From an uncultured Chloroflexota bacterium (GTDB lineage Bacteria > Chloroflexota > Dehalococcoidia > Lucifugimonadales > UBA826): DNA of 64,000 nt. Both the position numbers and the translations under genes were made by a program. The stretch is taken from the NCBI GenBank assembly GCA_913048525.1, contig CAJWWP010000001.1:47074-111073 (forward strand), given 5' to 3'. This document shows, piece after piece, positions 19,014 to 27,640 of this stretch. Below the pieces are notes generated by a model. It saw nothing but the letters and a program-made list of their open reading frames with translations, did no database searches and was not told where the DNA came from. How positions within the stretch are numbered: position 1 is the first letter of the stretch; the number at the start of each line of letters is the position of its first letter.

Positions 19014-20042
19014 TTAGGTCACTTCCAGTGTAGGGTTTCTAAGGGGAGCAGCAAATTGGGTTTTGTCTAACTCAATAAAGTCTTTCTGGTAGACCTGAAC
19101 TCTGTACGATTCGAAGTCAGGAATAAACAGTCTAAAATCTTCATCGATACGTACAGAACGAGGCCTTCTTATATATCTTTCATCTTCCAGTCGACCTGAT
19201 TCACGGAGTCGATTTGGCACGGCATTGGTTAGCATGTAATTTCGTGCGACCTTTGAAAGAGTGGCATCTCCCTGGAAACTCCAGACTTGATCTCCCTCTG
19301 AATTAAATTGTAGGACTCTATTATTTCCCCAGTCAGCCACATATATATCCCCGTGAGAGTCTACTGATATCCCCGTGGGTCTTTGGAATTCTGCGTCACC
19401 AGACCCAGTTTTACCAAAGGTATTTTTTAAATCCCCTACACCTGTGAAAATCTGAACTCTATTGTTTCCCCAATCGGAAACGTAAATATCGTCATTTTCA
19501 TCCACCTCAACTCCCCAGGGGAGGTTTAGCTGGCCTTCTCCACTTCCAAAAGATCCAAAGGATTCGAGGTACTTCCCGTCTATAGTGTAGCGTTGTATTC
19601 TGTGGTTTTTAGAATCCGCGATAATTAAGTTGCCAGAACTGTCGAAAGCGATTCCAGTGGGGCCGTCAAACTGTCCTACTCCTGATCCTTTCTCACCAAA
19701 TTTAGAAATGAAATTTCCTTCATTATCCAGACGGGTAATTCTGTTTGTATATTCATCACTTACAAATAGGTCTTCGTTAGGACCGGTCAATATGTTCACG
19801 GGCCATATAAATTGACCATCTTCTGTTCCGTAACTACTGAACCCTTCGAGTTCATCAGTAAGTTCCTCCATATCGTCAACTGACCATATTCTTATGGTGG
19901 CAACTCCTTCTGATCTCATTAGGATATACAGCTTCTTATCTTCACCAAAAGATATGTCGGTTGGAAAGTTTGTCACTCTCCTCATACCTAGAGTGGTCAG
20001 ATACGGAAATCCCGCTCTTAATATTCCATGTGGTCGGGTCAT
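19014..20042 (-). CDS. NHL-repeat beta-propeller protein (paralog 1)
   Basis: 342 aa. Repeated blades read G.FD.P.GIA.D..GN.YV(A/S)D..N.R(I/V)Q, e.g. YVSDWGNNRVQIF and YVADWGNNRVLQF. No signal peptide. AGAGGTA SD. Confidence 0.8.
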   Translation of the reverse strand: MTRPHGILRAGFPYLTTLGMRRVTNFPTDISFGEDKKLYILMRSEGVATIRIWSVDDMEELTDELEGFSSYGTEDGQFIWPVNILTGPNEDLFVSDEYTNRITRLDNEGNFISKFGEKGSGVGQFDGPTGIAFDSSGNLIIADSKNHRIQRYTIDGKYLESFGSFGSGEGQLNLPWGVEVDENDDIYVSDWGNNRVQIFTGVGDLKNTFGKTGSGDAEFQRPTGISVDSHGDIYVADWGNNRVLQFNSEGDQVWSFQGDATLSKVARNYMLTNAVPNRLRESGRLEDERYIRRPRSVRIDEDFRLFIPDFESYRVQVYQKDFIELDKTQFAAPLRNPTLEVT

Positions 20043-20074
20043 TGCTACTGTACCTCTTGTAACGTCATTACGAG

Positions 20075-21211
20075 TTATAGATAGAAAGGTTTAATCTGTT
20101 CAAATTCCCCTTTGACTATTGGTTTCGCATCAAGGTCGAGCCATTGTTCCAAAACAGTTCCATAGATGCCTCTGAAGTCGATGGTATGTTTCAGATCCTC
20201 GCCATGCTCCCAATCCGATGGGGCTAGCGAAGGATATTCGGAATAAAGATCACCTTTAACGTTTTTCCCAAATAAAAACGCTCCTCCTCCTGACCCATGA
20301 TCTGTGCCACTTCCATTGTCTCTCATGCGCCTTCCAAATTCAGTGAATACTAGAATTGCTACATTTTCAGATTCGTCATGTTGATCTAAGTCATCTAGAA
20401 AATCAGAAATTGCCCCGGAAAGATCGGCCATTAACTTTGGATGAGTAGGCATTTCGTTTGCGTGTGTGTCGTAACCACCGTGATTAGTATAAAAAATTCT
20501 TGTTCCTAGACCACTTAAATGTATTCTGGCCACATCTCTTAGGCTTTTGGCTATTGAGTTATCAGCATATTCGACTGAAGATTGATAGTTTGAAGCCACG
20601 TCACCGAGCATATCTGCTCCCTTAAGTACATCTAATCCAGTCTTGCCTATGTATTCAGAGACAACCCCACTACCTATGGCCTGACCGTAAATGTCTTTGA
20701 AAGCCTGCAGTGCTTTATCACGAAGCTGTTCTTTCTCAATTTGATTCATGACTCCGTAGCCTTCGAGATCACTTATTGAAGTTACAGGAACTCCAGCGAC
20801 AGACATAGCTCTTGGCAAACCTTGGCCAATATTAACTCCTGTGAGAACATTTTCGCTTTTGGGATCTAATTCACGGACGGCCAGCCCCAGCCAGCCTTCA
20901 CTTCCGACCCGATCCGGTTCACAAGTGTGCCAGATATCCATGCCTCTGAAATGAGATCTATTTGAGTCCGGATATCCGATTCCCTGTATTATGGCCATTC
21001 GTCCTTCATCGTAAAGACGTTTGAAAGGAGCCGCATTTTTGTTGATAGCTAAAGTGTCGTTAATCGGTAACACATCATCTTGACTCATCACTATCTTTTT
21101 CCGGGCATCATAGTAGTGATCATTGGTAAATGGAACGATGGTATTCATGAAATCGTTCCCACCGGTCATTTGCACTACTACAAGTGTTTTATCCTTACTC
21201 TTCGTTGCCAT
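20075..21211 (-). CDS. DUF1501 (sulfatase/alkaline-phosphatase-like) family protein, lacking a Tat signal
   Basis: LVVVQMTGGNDFMNTIVP ... HGGYDTH ... FTEFGRR ... GTDHG is the DUF1501 pattern as I remember it. ATG 21211 is preceded by AAAAGGGGAA; the longest ORF starts at TTG 21232. Confidence 0.7.
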   Translation of the reverse strand: MATKSKDKTLVVVQMTGGNDFMNTIVPFTNDHYYDARKKIVMSQDDVLPINDTLAINKNAAPFKRLYDEGRMAIIQGIGYPDSNRSHFRGMDIWHTCEPDRVGSEGWLGLAVRELDPKSENVLTGVNIGQGLPRAMSVAGVPVTSISDLEGYGVMNQIEKEQLRDKALQAFKDIYGQAIGSGVVSEYIGKTGLDVLKGADMLGDVASNYQSSVEYADNSIAKSLRDVARIHLSGLGTRIFYTNHGGYDTHANEMPTHPKLMADLSGAISDFLDDLDQHDESENVAILVFTEFGRRMRDNGSGTDHGSGGGAFLFGKNVKGDLYSEYPSLAPSDWEHGEDLKHTIDFRGIYGTVLEQWLDLDAKPIVKGEFEQIKPFYL

Positions 21212-21263
21212 TGGAATTCCCCTTTTTCTCAAACAGAGCTATCTTATGAGTATTTTTAGGATA

Positions 21264-22655
21264 TTAAGCAAATTGGTAATCTACACTAGATGCTGCCATT
21301 TGTATAAGATTGTGTACACCCGCGTTTCCTTTCTCATCGCTGAGTGTTTTTGCGTAGGCATTTAGTGATGACAGGGTCTCGTCACTAACTGTCAGCGCCC
21401 CAAGTAGATCAAGACACCTGCTAACTAATTGTTCAGGGTTGTCGTCTAAGCTACCTGCTTTAGAGAGCATCTCTGCTACACCTGGTTTATTTGGATCGGC
21501 AAACTGTTTTTCGACGAATCCAACTCTTTCACTCAACGTGCCGGAGTCTATCCACTCAAATCCGGTATGCCATCCCTCAACGGTTGGAGGGTTCATGAGT
21601 CTCTGTCCCATCACAGCAAGCGGTCCCTCTATTGCTGAACCGTTCAGAGTGGTCACGGCAAACTCATGTATCCCGGGTTTCGGTCTACTAAATTCTCCCG
21701 TCTGCCTGATCACACCCACTATGAGCTCTGTGGGGCTTTTTACCTTGGGTTTGGCCGAAGATTCCTTGAAAAATTCAGAGCTGAATAAGGTTTTCAACAC
21801 AACCTTCATATCACCCCTTGACTCCATGAACGCTGTTGTGAGCTCTTCTATAGCCTCCGGGTTTTTCGGCGGCACTGTCTCCCACGATGGGACTTGAATC
21901 TCGTCCTCTACGAAAAAGTTATATAAATGTCTGGATAAGAACCTTGCTGTTGCAGACTGTTTAATTATTATTTCTATGATGTCGCCACCGTCAAAATTTC
22001 CCCGCTGACCGAGAAATTCCTTTTCACCGTAGTCGTGATCTTCGGGTAGGAATTGGAATACGGCTTCATGGTGACCATAGGGGTAAAGAGACAATGGTTG
22101 CTTAAAAGTCCATCCTGTGAATGATCTCGAGGCATTTTTAATATCGTCTTCCGTGTAATTACCTACCCCCATGGAGAATAGTTCTAGTAACTCTCTGCCA
22201 TAATTTTCGTTAATTTCGTCTTTATGATTCTCGTTGTTGTCTAGCCAAAATATCATTGCTGGGTCTTTGGACAGTTCTAGAAGTATTTTCCCGAAATTTG
22301 TCATACCTACGTTACGGAAAAGGTTGATTTCATTGTAGAGTGAAGGGCCGTGTTCGCTCTTTCCCCAAGCGACTGGGAAAATGTGGTGAAGAAATAGTGC
22401 CATCTTTTCTTCGAGGGGGCGCTTCGTGTTGGCCATTCTGTAGAGCCATTTACCAACGTGAACAGCCACTGGCTCCCCCACGTAATATCTCTCCACATAT
22501 GACATATCGATCTCATCAAAACGTTCAGGATTAACTAGATCTTCTACGATTTCGTCATATGTTTGCTCCGAGGTCAACCGATCTAACTCAGATGGAGTTG
22601 CACCGAATCCAGCTCTTCTCATAAGGTGAGCTACCAGCTTTCTATCAGACTTCAT
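21264..22655 (-). CDS. DUF1800 family protein (paralog 1)
   Basis: HLMRRAGFGATPSEL at the N-terminus, FWLDNNENHK, NENYGRELLELFSMGVG. ATG 22655 follows TGGAGAAAG; the longest ORF starts at TTG 22670. Confidence 0.7.
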   Translation of the reverse strand: MKSDRKLVAHLMRRAGFGATPSELDRLTSEQTYDEIVEDLVNPERFDEIDMSYVERYYVGEPVAVHVGKWLYRMANTKRPLEEKMALFLHHIFPVAWGKSEHGPSLYNEINLFRNVGMTNFGKILLELSKDPAMIFWLDNNENHKDEINENYGRELLELFSMGVGNYTEDDIKNASRSFTGWTFKQPLSLYPYGHHEAVFQFLPEDHDYGEKEFLGQRGNFDGGDIIEIIIKQSATARFLSRHLYNFFVEDEIQVPSWETVPPKNPEAIEELTTAFMESRGDMKVVLKTLFSSEFFKESSAKPKVKSPTELIVGVIRQTGEFSRPKPGIHEFAVTTLNGSAIEGPLAVMGQRLMNPPTVEGWHTGFEWIDSGTLSERVGFVEKQFADPNKPGVAEMLSKAGSLDDNPEQLVSRCLDLLGALTVSDETLSSLNAYAKTLSDEKGNAGVHNLIQMAASSVDYQFA

Positions 22656-22779
22656 AGTAACTTTCTCCAATAAATGTAGGTCAATTACTTTGTTGCAACT
22701 CTACAATAATCTCATTAAATTATGAACTTAATTTTCTTACTATTGCGTGGCTAGTATCTACAAACCCTGAGTTTTATCA

Positions 22780-23622
22780 TCAAGATAGCTTTGCGATAAC
22801 CTCTGGGATTCGCTCATCCAAGGTATCAAACCCGACCCACTCTCCAAATCTAGCTGACAACGTTGCAATAACTGAGTCAGTTGCCTGTTCTGCGTTGCGA
22901 CCCTCTTCTATTGCACTTTTGCTGCTATTTACAAGCTCGTGTATGAAACTTCTGGCTTCAAGCAAATCTTCGTGATTTCCGTTAGGTCCATGGCCTGAGA
23001 CAAACGTTTCTATTGGGAGCTCAGCTATTTTGTCATCGGTCTCCGGCCAATCGGCGGGATAACTATCACCCAGATATGGAACTCTTCGATCTTGTATAAC
23101 GTCTCCCGTGAATACTAATTTCTCCTCTGGAACGTGAATAAAGATGTCACCACTTGTGTGAGCTCTACCAAAATATAGAAGCTCTAGCCGGCGTCCTCCA
23201 ATATAAAGGGACATACTGCTGTCAAATGTTAAATTTGGGGGTGTTATGTTGACAATTTTTGCCTCTTCTGCCCAGGGATCATCTCCTGTAACTATCTTAG
23301 AACGCCACTGGTCGTTCCATTGGTCGTCGGTCATTTCGAGATAGCAGTTTTGGTGGCCTATTATGGTTGCATCAGGAAATTCTTCATTTCCCCAGGAATG
23401 GTCCCAGTGCGCATGCGTGTCTATCACATACTTAATGGGTTTGTCGGTTATAAGCTTCACGTCAGAGATAAGATCTCTTGCAAAGGATGGCATTCTTAAG
23501 GAATCGATTATTAGAACTCCTTCATCACCAACGATAATGCCGGCATTGGTGAGATTCTCATGTAATCTTGCATAAATACCAGAAGCTACCTCAATAATTT
23601 CTGTTCCTGGCGTTGAGTTCAT
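22780..23622 (-). CDS. MBL-fold metallo-hydrolase
   Basis: 280 aa. HxHxDH motif DTHAHWDHSWG, plus downstream His/Asp ligands (HTSGD, SGHG). AGGGAGGAA SD. Confidence 0.85.
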   Translation of the reverse strand: MNSTPGTEIIEVASGIYARLHENLTNAGIIVGDEGVLIIDSLRMPSFARDLISDVKLITDKPIKYVIDTHAHWDHSWGNEEFPDATIIGHQNCYLEMTDDQWNDQWRSKIVTGDDPWAEEAKIVNITPPNLTFDSSMSLYIGGRRLELLYFGRAHTSGDIFIHVPEEKLVFTGDVIQDRRVPYLGDSYPADWPETDDKIAELPIETFVSGHGPNGNHEDLLEARSFIHELVNSSKSAIEEGRNAEQATDSVIATLSARFGEWVGFDTLDERIPEVIAKLS

Positions 23623-23669
23623 TCTTTTCCTCCCTTTGGGTTCCTCTAATAACTACTGGGTTACATCAT

Positions 23670-24827
23670 TTATAGAATATGCGCTTCTAGGACCTTCTCA
23701 TCGAACTCTATACCTAAACCAGGCCCTGTTGGGGGAACGATAAAGCCGTTGTCTAGGACCAATGGCTCTTTGAAAATTGATCTGTGAAGAGGTCCGTCAT
23801 TGGCCTCTTGAATTACGAAATTGGGTGAGCAAGTATCTATTTGAATTGCAGCTGCAGCGGCTACGGGACCGCAGTACATGTGGGGAGCTATCAGAGCATA
23901 GTGCGCCTCTGCTAGACCTGCGATTTTTTTTGCTTCGGTTATTCCTCCACATTGGCCTACGTCCAATTGGATAATTTGAGCCGCCTTTTTTTCTAATAGT
24001 TGAGCAAATTCGTATTTGGTAACAAGCCTCTCGCCACTAGCGATAGGAATATTTGTATGTGCGGCAACCCGGGCCATTTCGTCAATATTTTCAGGCATCA
24101 CTGGTTCTTCAAACCAGAAGGGATGGTAGGGTTCCATATAATCGGCTACTCTGATGGCACTGTATGTCGATAACTGCCCATGCGTTCCGATACCAACTTC
24201 AAGATCATTTCCGACAGCATTCCTTATGCTTTCAAAAATTTTTCCGCAGTACTCTATTTCCCATAATGGGATATCTCGAGGTCCCCGGGCTGGAGGGAAT
24301 GGATCTATTTTACAGGCGGTATTACCTTCCTCCATTAGTTGTATTGCTACATCACCGGCGATCTCCGGGTTTTCCATTATTAAGCCCTTATCCGTTCCTG
24401 GCGGCATGTATGCATATGCTCTCAGTTTTTCATGATACTTACCGCCAAGGAGATTGTAGATTGGCTGGTTGCAGGCTTTTCCTACAATGTCCCATAGAGC
24501 CATGTCTATCGCGCTCATGGCTGGTGTTGCGTACAAGCTGGGGTGTCTGAAGTCGTGAGCACCGCCGTACATGTCATCCCATATTTTTTCGATTTGAAAA
24601 GGATCTTTACCTATCACATATCTATCTGCTAACTGTTGGATAAGGCTAATATGAGGTTTGATATGTTCGGGATCAATGTAGTTGCCTACGACTCTTTCCC
24701 CGAGCCCTACTATGCCTTCATCGGTAAATATCTGTAAGAAAAGAAAATATCTGCCTCCAACAAAATGTTTTCTAGCTTTGTCTTCTTCATTTTGGATAAC
24801 CATTGTTTTAACTTTAGTTATTTTCAC
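23670..24827 (-). CDS. enolase-superfamily acid-sugar dehydratase-like enzyme
   Basis: 385 aa. MKITKVKT start, DMALWDIVGKACNQPIYNLLGG, FEEP, ASGE. GTG start with AAGGAA SD. Confidence 0.8.
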   Translation of the reverse strand: MKITKVKTMVIQNEEDKARKHFVGGRYFLFLQIFTDEGIVGLGERVVGNYIDPEHIKPHISLIQQLADRYVIGKDPFQIEKIWDDMYGGAHDFRHPSLYATPAMSAIDMALWDIVGKACNQPIYNLLGGKYHEKLRAYAYMPPGTDKGLIMENPEIAGDVAIQLMEEGNTACKIDPFPPARGPRDIPLWEIEYCGKIFESIRNAVGNDLEVGIGTHGQLSTYSAIRVADYMEPYHPFWFEEPVMPENIDEMARVAAHTNIPIASGERLVTKYEFAQLLEKKAAQIIQLDVGQCGGITEAKKIAGLAEAHYALIAPHMYCGPVAAAAAIQIDTCSPNFVIQEANDGPLHRSIFKEPLVLDNGFIVPPTGPGLGIEFDEKVLEAHIL

Positions 24828-24894
24828 TAGACGTTCCTTATGTCATTAAAACAGAAAATTCACTTTAAAATTCTGTGGCAGTATATAGCTTGTT

Positions 24895-25626
24895 TTAGGC
24901 GTCAAACCTATTCCACGTCGGAGTAATTAGAACTTCGTTGATGGTGACGTGGGGGGGTTGTTTTGCTATGAAAAGGATCAATTCTCCGAGGTCTTCAGAC
25001 TGTAGTATTCTCGCTTGATCTTCCGCACTGACCGGCACAGGGCGTTGTTCAAGAATTGGGGTAGCTACTTCTCCTGGGCATACTGCTGTAGCCCGTATTC
25101 CGTTGTTCCTTTCCTCTAGAAGTAGACTTGCGGTCATTGCATTCATGGCATGCTTCGCCGAAGTGTAACCGGGCCCAGTTAGCTTTCCAACACTTTTCGC
25201 AGCCATTGAGGATATATTCATGATCAGGCCTCCCCCTTGTTTTCTCATTGTAGGGAGGACCGCTTGGCAGCAATAAAATGCTCCGCTTAGGTCTATGTTA
25301 ATAACGCTGTCCCAGCCTTCAATGGATATGTTGTTCCAGTTACGGTCACGCACGTTTATTCCTGCGCTAAAAACCCCAATATCGATTCTCCCGTACTCCT
25401 GAACGACCTTTCCAACGACATCTTCTACTGCTCCACTATCTGAAACATCTAGAGGTTGTATTGTTACGTTGTTACCAATATGTTCTGCGACATTTTCCAG
25501 AACTTCACGTCTTCTGCCAGATAAGACAACAGAGCATCCCGCTTCCGCGAGTTTTATTGCAGCGCTTTCACCGATTCCAGTTCCAGCTCCTGTTATCCAA
25601 GCCACTTGTCCTTCTAAATTATGCAT
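24895..25626 (-). CDS. short-chain dehydrogenase/reductase (SDR)
   Basis: 243 aa. TGAGTGIGES, catalytic YTSAK. GAAGGAGAA SD. Confidence 0.9.
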   Translation of the reverse strand: MHNLEGQVAWITGAGTGIGESAAIKLAEAGCSVVLSGRRREVLENVAEHIGNNVTIQPLDVSDSGAVEDVVGKVVQEYGRIDIGVFSAGINVRDRNWNNISIEGWDSVINIDLSGAFYCCQAVLPTMRKQGGGLIMNISSMAAKSVGKLTGPGYTSAKHAMNAMTASLLLEERNNGIRATAVCPGEVATPILEQRPVPVSAEDQARILQSEDLGELILFIAKQPPHVTINEVLITPTWNRFDA

Positions 25627-25656
25627 ATTGTTCTCCTTCGAAAGTTCGAGTGTAAC

Positions 25657-26445
25657 CTATAGATTTTGGTCTTTGCAGACATCTTGGTCGAATAGAATGT
25701 GCCCTGTGTAGTTAGCGTCTTGTCCGCATACCCATACAGCAGCTTTTCCCATCTCATCAGCCGGTTCGAATTCAAGGGTTGGATTTTCAGGGTCATTCTC
25801 TGCCCAGATATTTCCTGGGGTACGAATTCTACCTTGAGGTGAAAGCACGTTGACCTTTATATTGTCCCCTTGAAGTTCACGTGCGAGCCCTTGCGAAAAT
25901 CTTTCTAGGCCTGACTTCACCATTCCGTAGAAACTGCCCTCTCGTCTTTGTGGTGTCGAATCATATGGTCCTGATCCTGGGAAGACACCAGCGACTGAAG
26001 AAACGTTTATGATGTCTCCTCTTCCGGCGTCTTTTAAGTGAGGCAAGGCATATTTCATCAGTAAGAGCGGACCTCTTAGGTCAATTTGCCAAATGAGATC
26101 TAGGTGTCTATCCTGGACCGTCTCCAAATTTCCTGGAACGAGTATCGCAGCGTTATTAATTACTATATCAAGCCCCCCAAGCTCTTCGGCTGCCTGAGAC
26201 ACACCATTTGTGATGCTTTCAGGATCACGCATATTCATCACCACGGGTGTTGCAGTTCCCCCTTCTGAATTAATCGATTCAGCAACGCTGTAAATTGTTC
26301 CCGGGAGCCTCTTATCGGTTACCTCGACTGTTCTGGCGGCGATAGCGACCTTTGCACCAGCTTTGGCCAGATGTTTCGCAAGATATTCGCCAATTCCTCT
26401 ACTAGAACCTGTAATTAGGGCGATTCTTCCATCAAGGCTTCCCAT
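25657..26445 (-). CDS. short-chain dehydrogenase/reductase (SDR)
   Basis: 262 aa. TGSSRGIGEY, NNAA, YGMVK. AAGGAGAG SD. Confidence 0.85.
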   Translation of the reverse strand: MGSLDGRIALITGSSRGIGEYLAKHLAKAGAKVAIAARTVEVTDKRLPGTIYSVAESINSEGGTATPVVMNMRDPESITNGVSQAAEELGGLDIVINNAAILVPGNLETVQDRHLDLIWQIDLRGPLLLMKYALPHLKDAGRGDIINVSSVAGVFPGSGPYDSTPQRREGSFYGMVKSGLERFSQGLARELQGDNIKVNVLSPQGRIRTPGNIWAENDPENPTLEFEPADEMGKAAVWVCGQDANYTGHILFDQDVCKDQNL

Positions 26446-26573
26446 TATTGCTCTCCTTTTTGTTTTTTACATATGGATTCGTAATATTAACCAAATGTGT
26501 CTATGGTGGCTATCCTTTTGTTTTGAAGTAAAGATCTGAGTTAGACGCGTTAGTGAGGTAATATATCGTTGAT

Positions 26574-27596
26574 ATGAAACCAAAATATTTAAAAACTATC
26601 GGCATAAAAACTAATCAACCCGTTGGGAGAGGTTTTCTTTTCCCATACGATGTTACATTTGATTCTTCTGGGATGATTTATGCTCTAAACAGGGGGAGAA
26701 TCAGTCAGGGCCTTGGTACCAGAATACAGATATTTGATTACGATGAAGAATGGTACGGTGAATTTGGGGAAGGAAGTGGAACAGGCCCTTTAAACTTTCT
26801 AATTCCTGTGGCAACAGCATTCAATTCCAAAGATGAACTTTTTGTGAGCGATGAAGGCGCCGGAGAGGTCAAAGTTTTCAGTCAGAAAGGTATCCCTTTA
26901 TATCAGGTAGGAGGGGAATCTGGTACGTGGGGCTGTGAGTTAATGGGTCCTTCTGGCATCGCGTTTGATGCAGATGACAATCTTTACGTTACCGAACGTT
27001 CTGCTTCTCGCCTGACGAAGATAGATGGCGATGGGAATGTAAGATACAGGGTTGGTGAGCCTGGTGATGGTCATCTGCAGTTCAATATGCCCTGGGGGAT
27101 AGCGACGGATGAGGACGGCTGTGTATATGTGGCAGATTGGAGAAACGATAGGATTCAAAAACTAGACCCTGATGGAAATTTCATCAAAGTATTTGGGAAA
27201 TCTGGAAACGCCGAGGGTCATTTCAATAGACCTTCCTCAGTCGCTGTGGATGGTAGTGGGAATATGTACGTGACTGACTGGGGAAATGAAAGGGTGCAGG
27301 TGCTTGATCCTGAGGGGCATTTTTTGCAAATACTTGAAGGCCAGGCGACTCTTTCTAAATGGGCTGAACAGTGGCTGACAGTCAACCCTGACGAATATTC
27401 TGCTAGGCGCTCATCAAATCTTTCGGTTTTGGATTTGCCTGCTCATCTGCAGAGTCCTTATCAGATTGGTTCACAGACTGAACATCTGTTTTGGGGTCCT
27501 GTATCAGCAAAGATAGATGATCATGAAAGGCTATACATAACCGAGCATAGTCGAGCTCGGATTCAGGTTTTCGATATATCTGATAAGGGCCTATGA
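26574..27596 (+). CDS. NHL-repeat beta-propeller protein (paralog 2)
   Basis: 340 aa. Blades include YVADWRNDRIQKL and YVTDWGNERVQVL. Shares the unusual ATLSK segment with paralog 1. Confidence 0.8.
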   Translation: MKPKYLKTIGIKTNQPVGRGFLFPYDVTFDSSGMIYALNRGRISQGLGTRIQIFDYDEEWYGEFGEGSGTGPLNFLIPVATAFNSKDELFVSDEGAGEVKVFSQKGIPLYQVGGESGTWGCELMGPSGIAFDADDNLYVTERSASRLTKIDGDGNVRYRVGEPGDGHLQFNMPWGIATDEDGCVYVADWRNDRIQKLDPDGNFIKVFGKSGNAEGHFNRPSSVAVDGSGNMYVTDWGNERVQVLDPEGHFLQILEGQATLSKWAEQWLTVNPDEYSARRSSNLSVLDLPAHLQSPYQIGSQTEHLFWGPVSAKIDDHERLYITEHSRARIQVFDISDKGL

Positions 27597-27640
27597 GTTA
27601 AAGAATCTGGCAACTACCGTTAGGTTATGGGGTACAAGTT

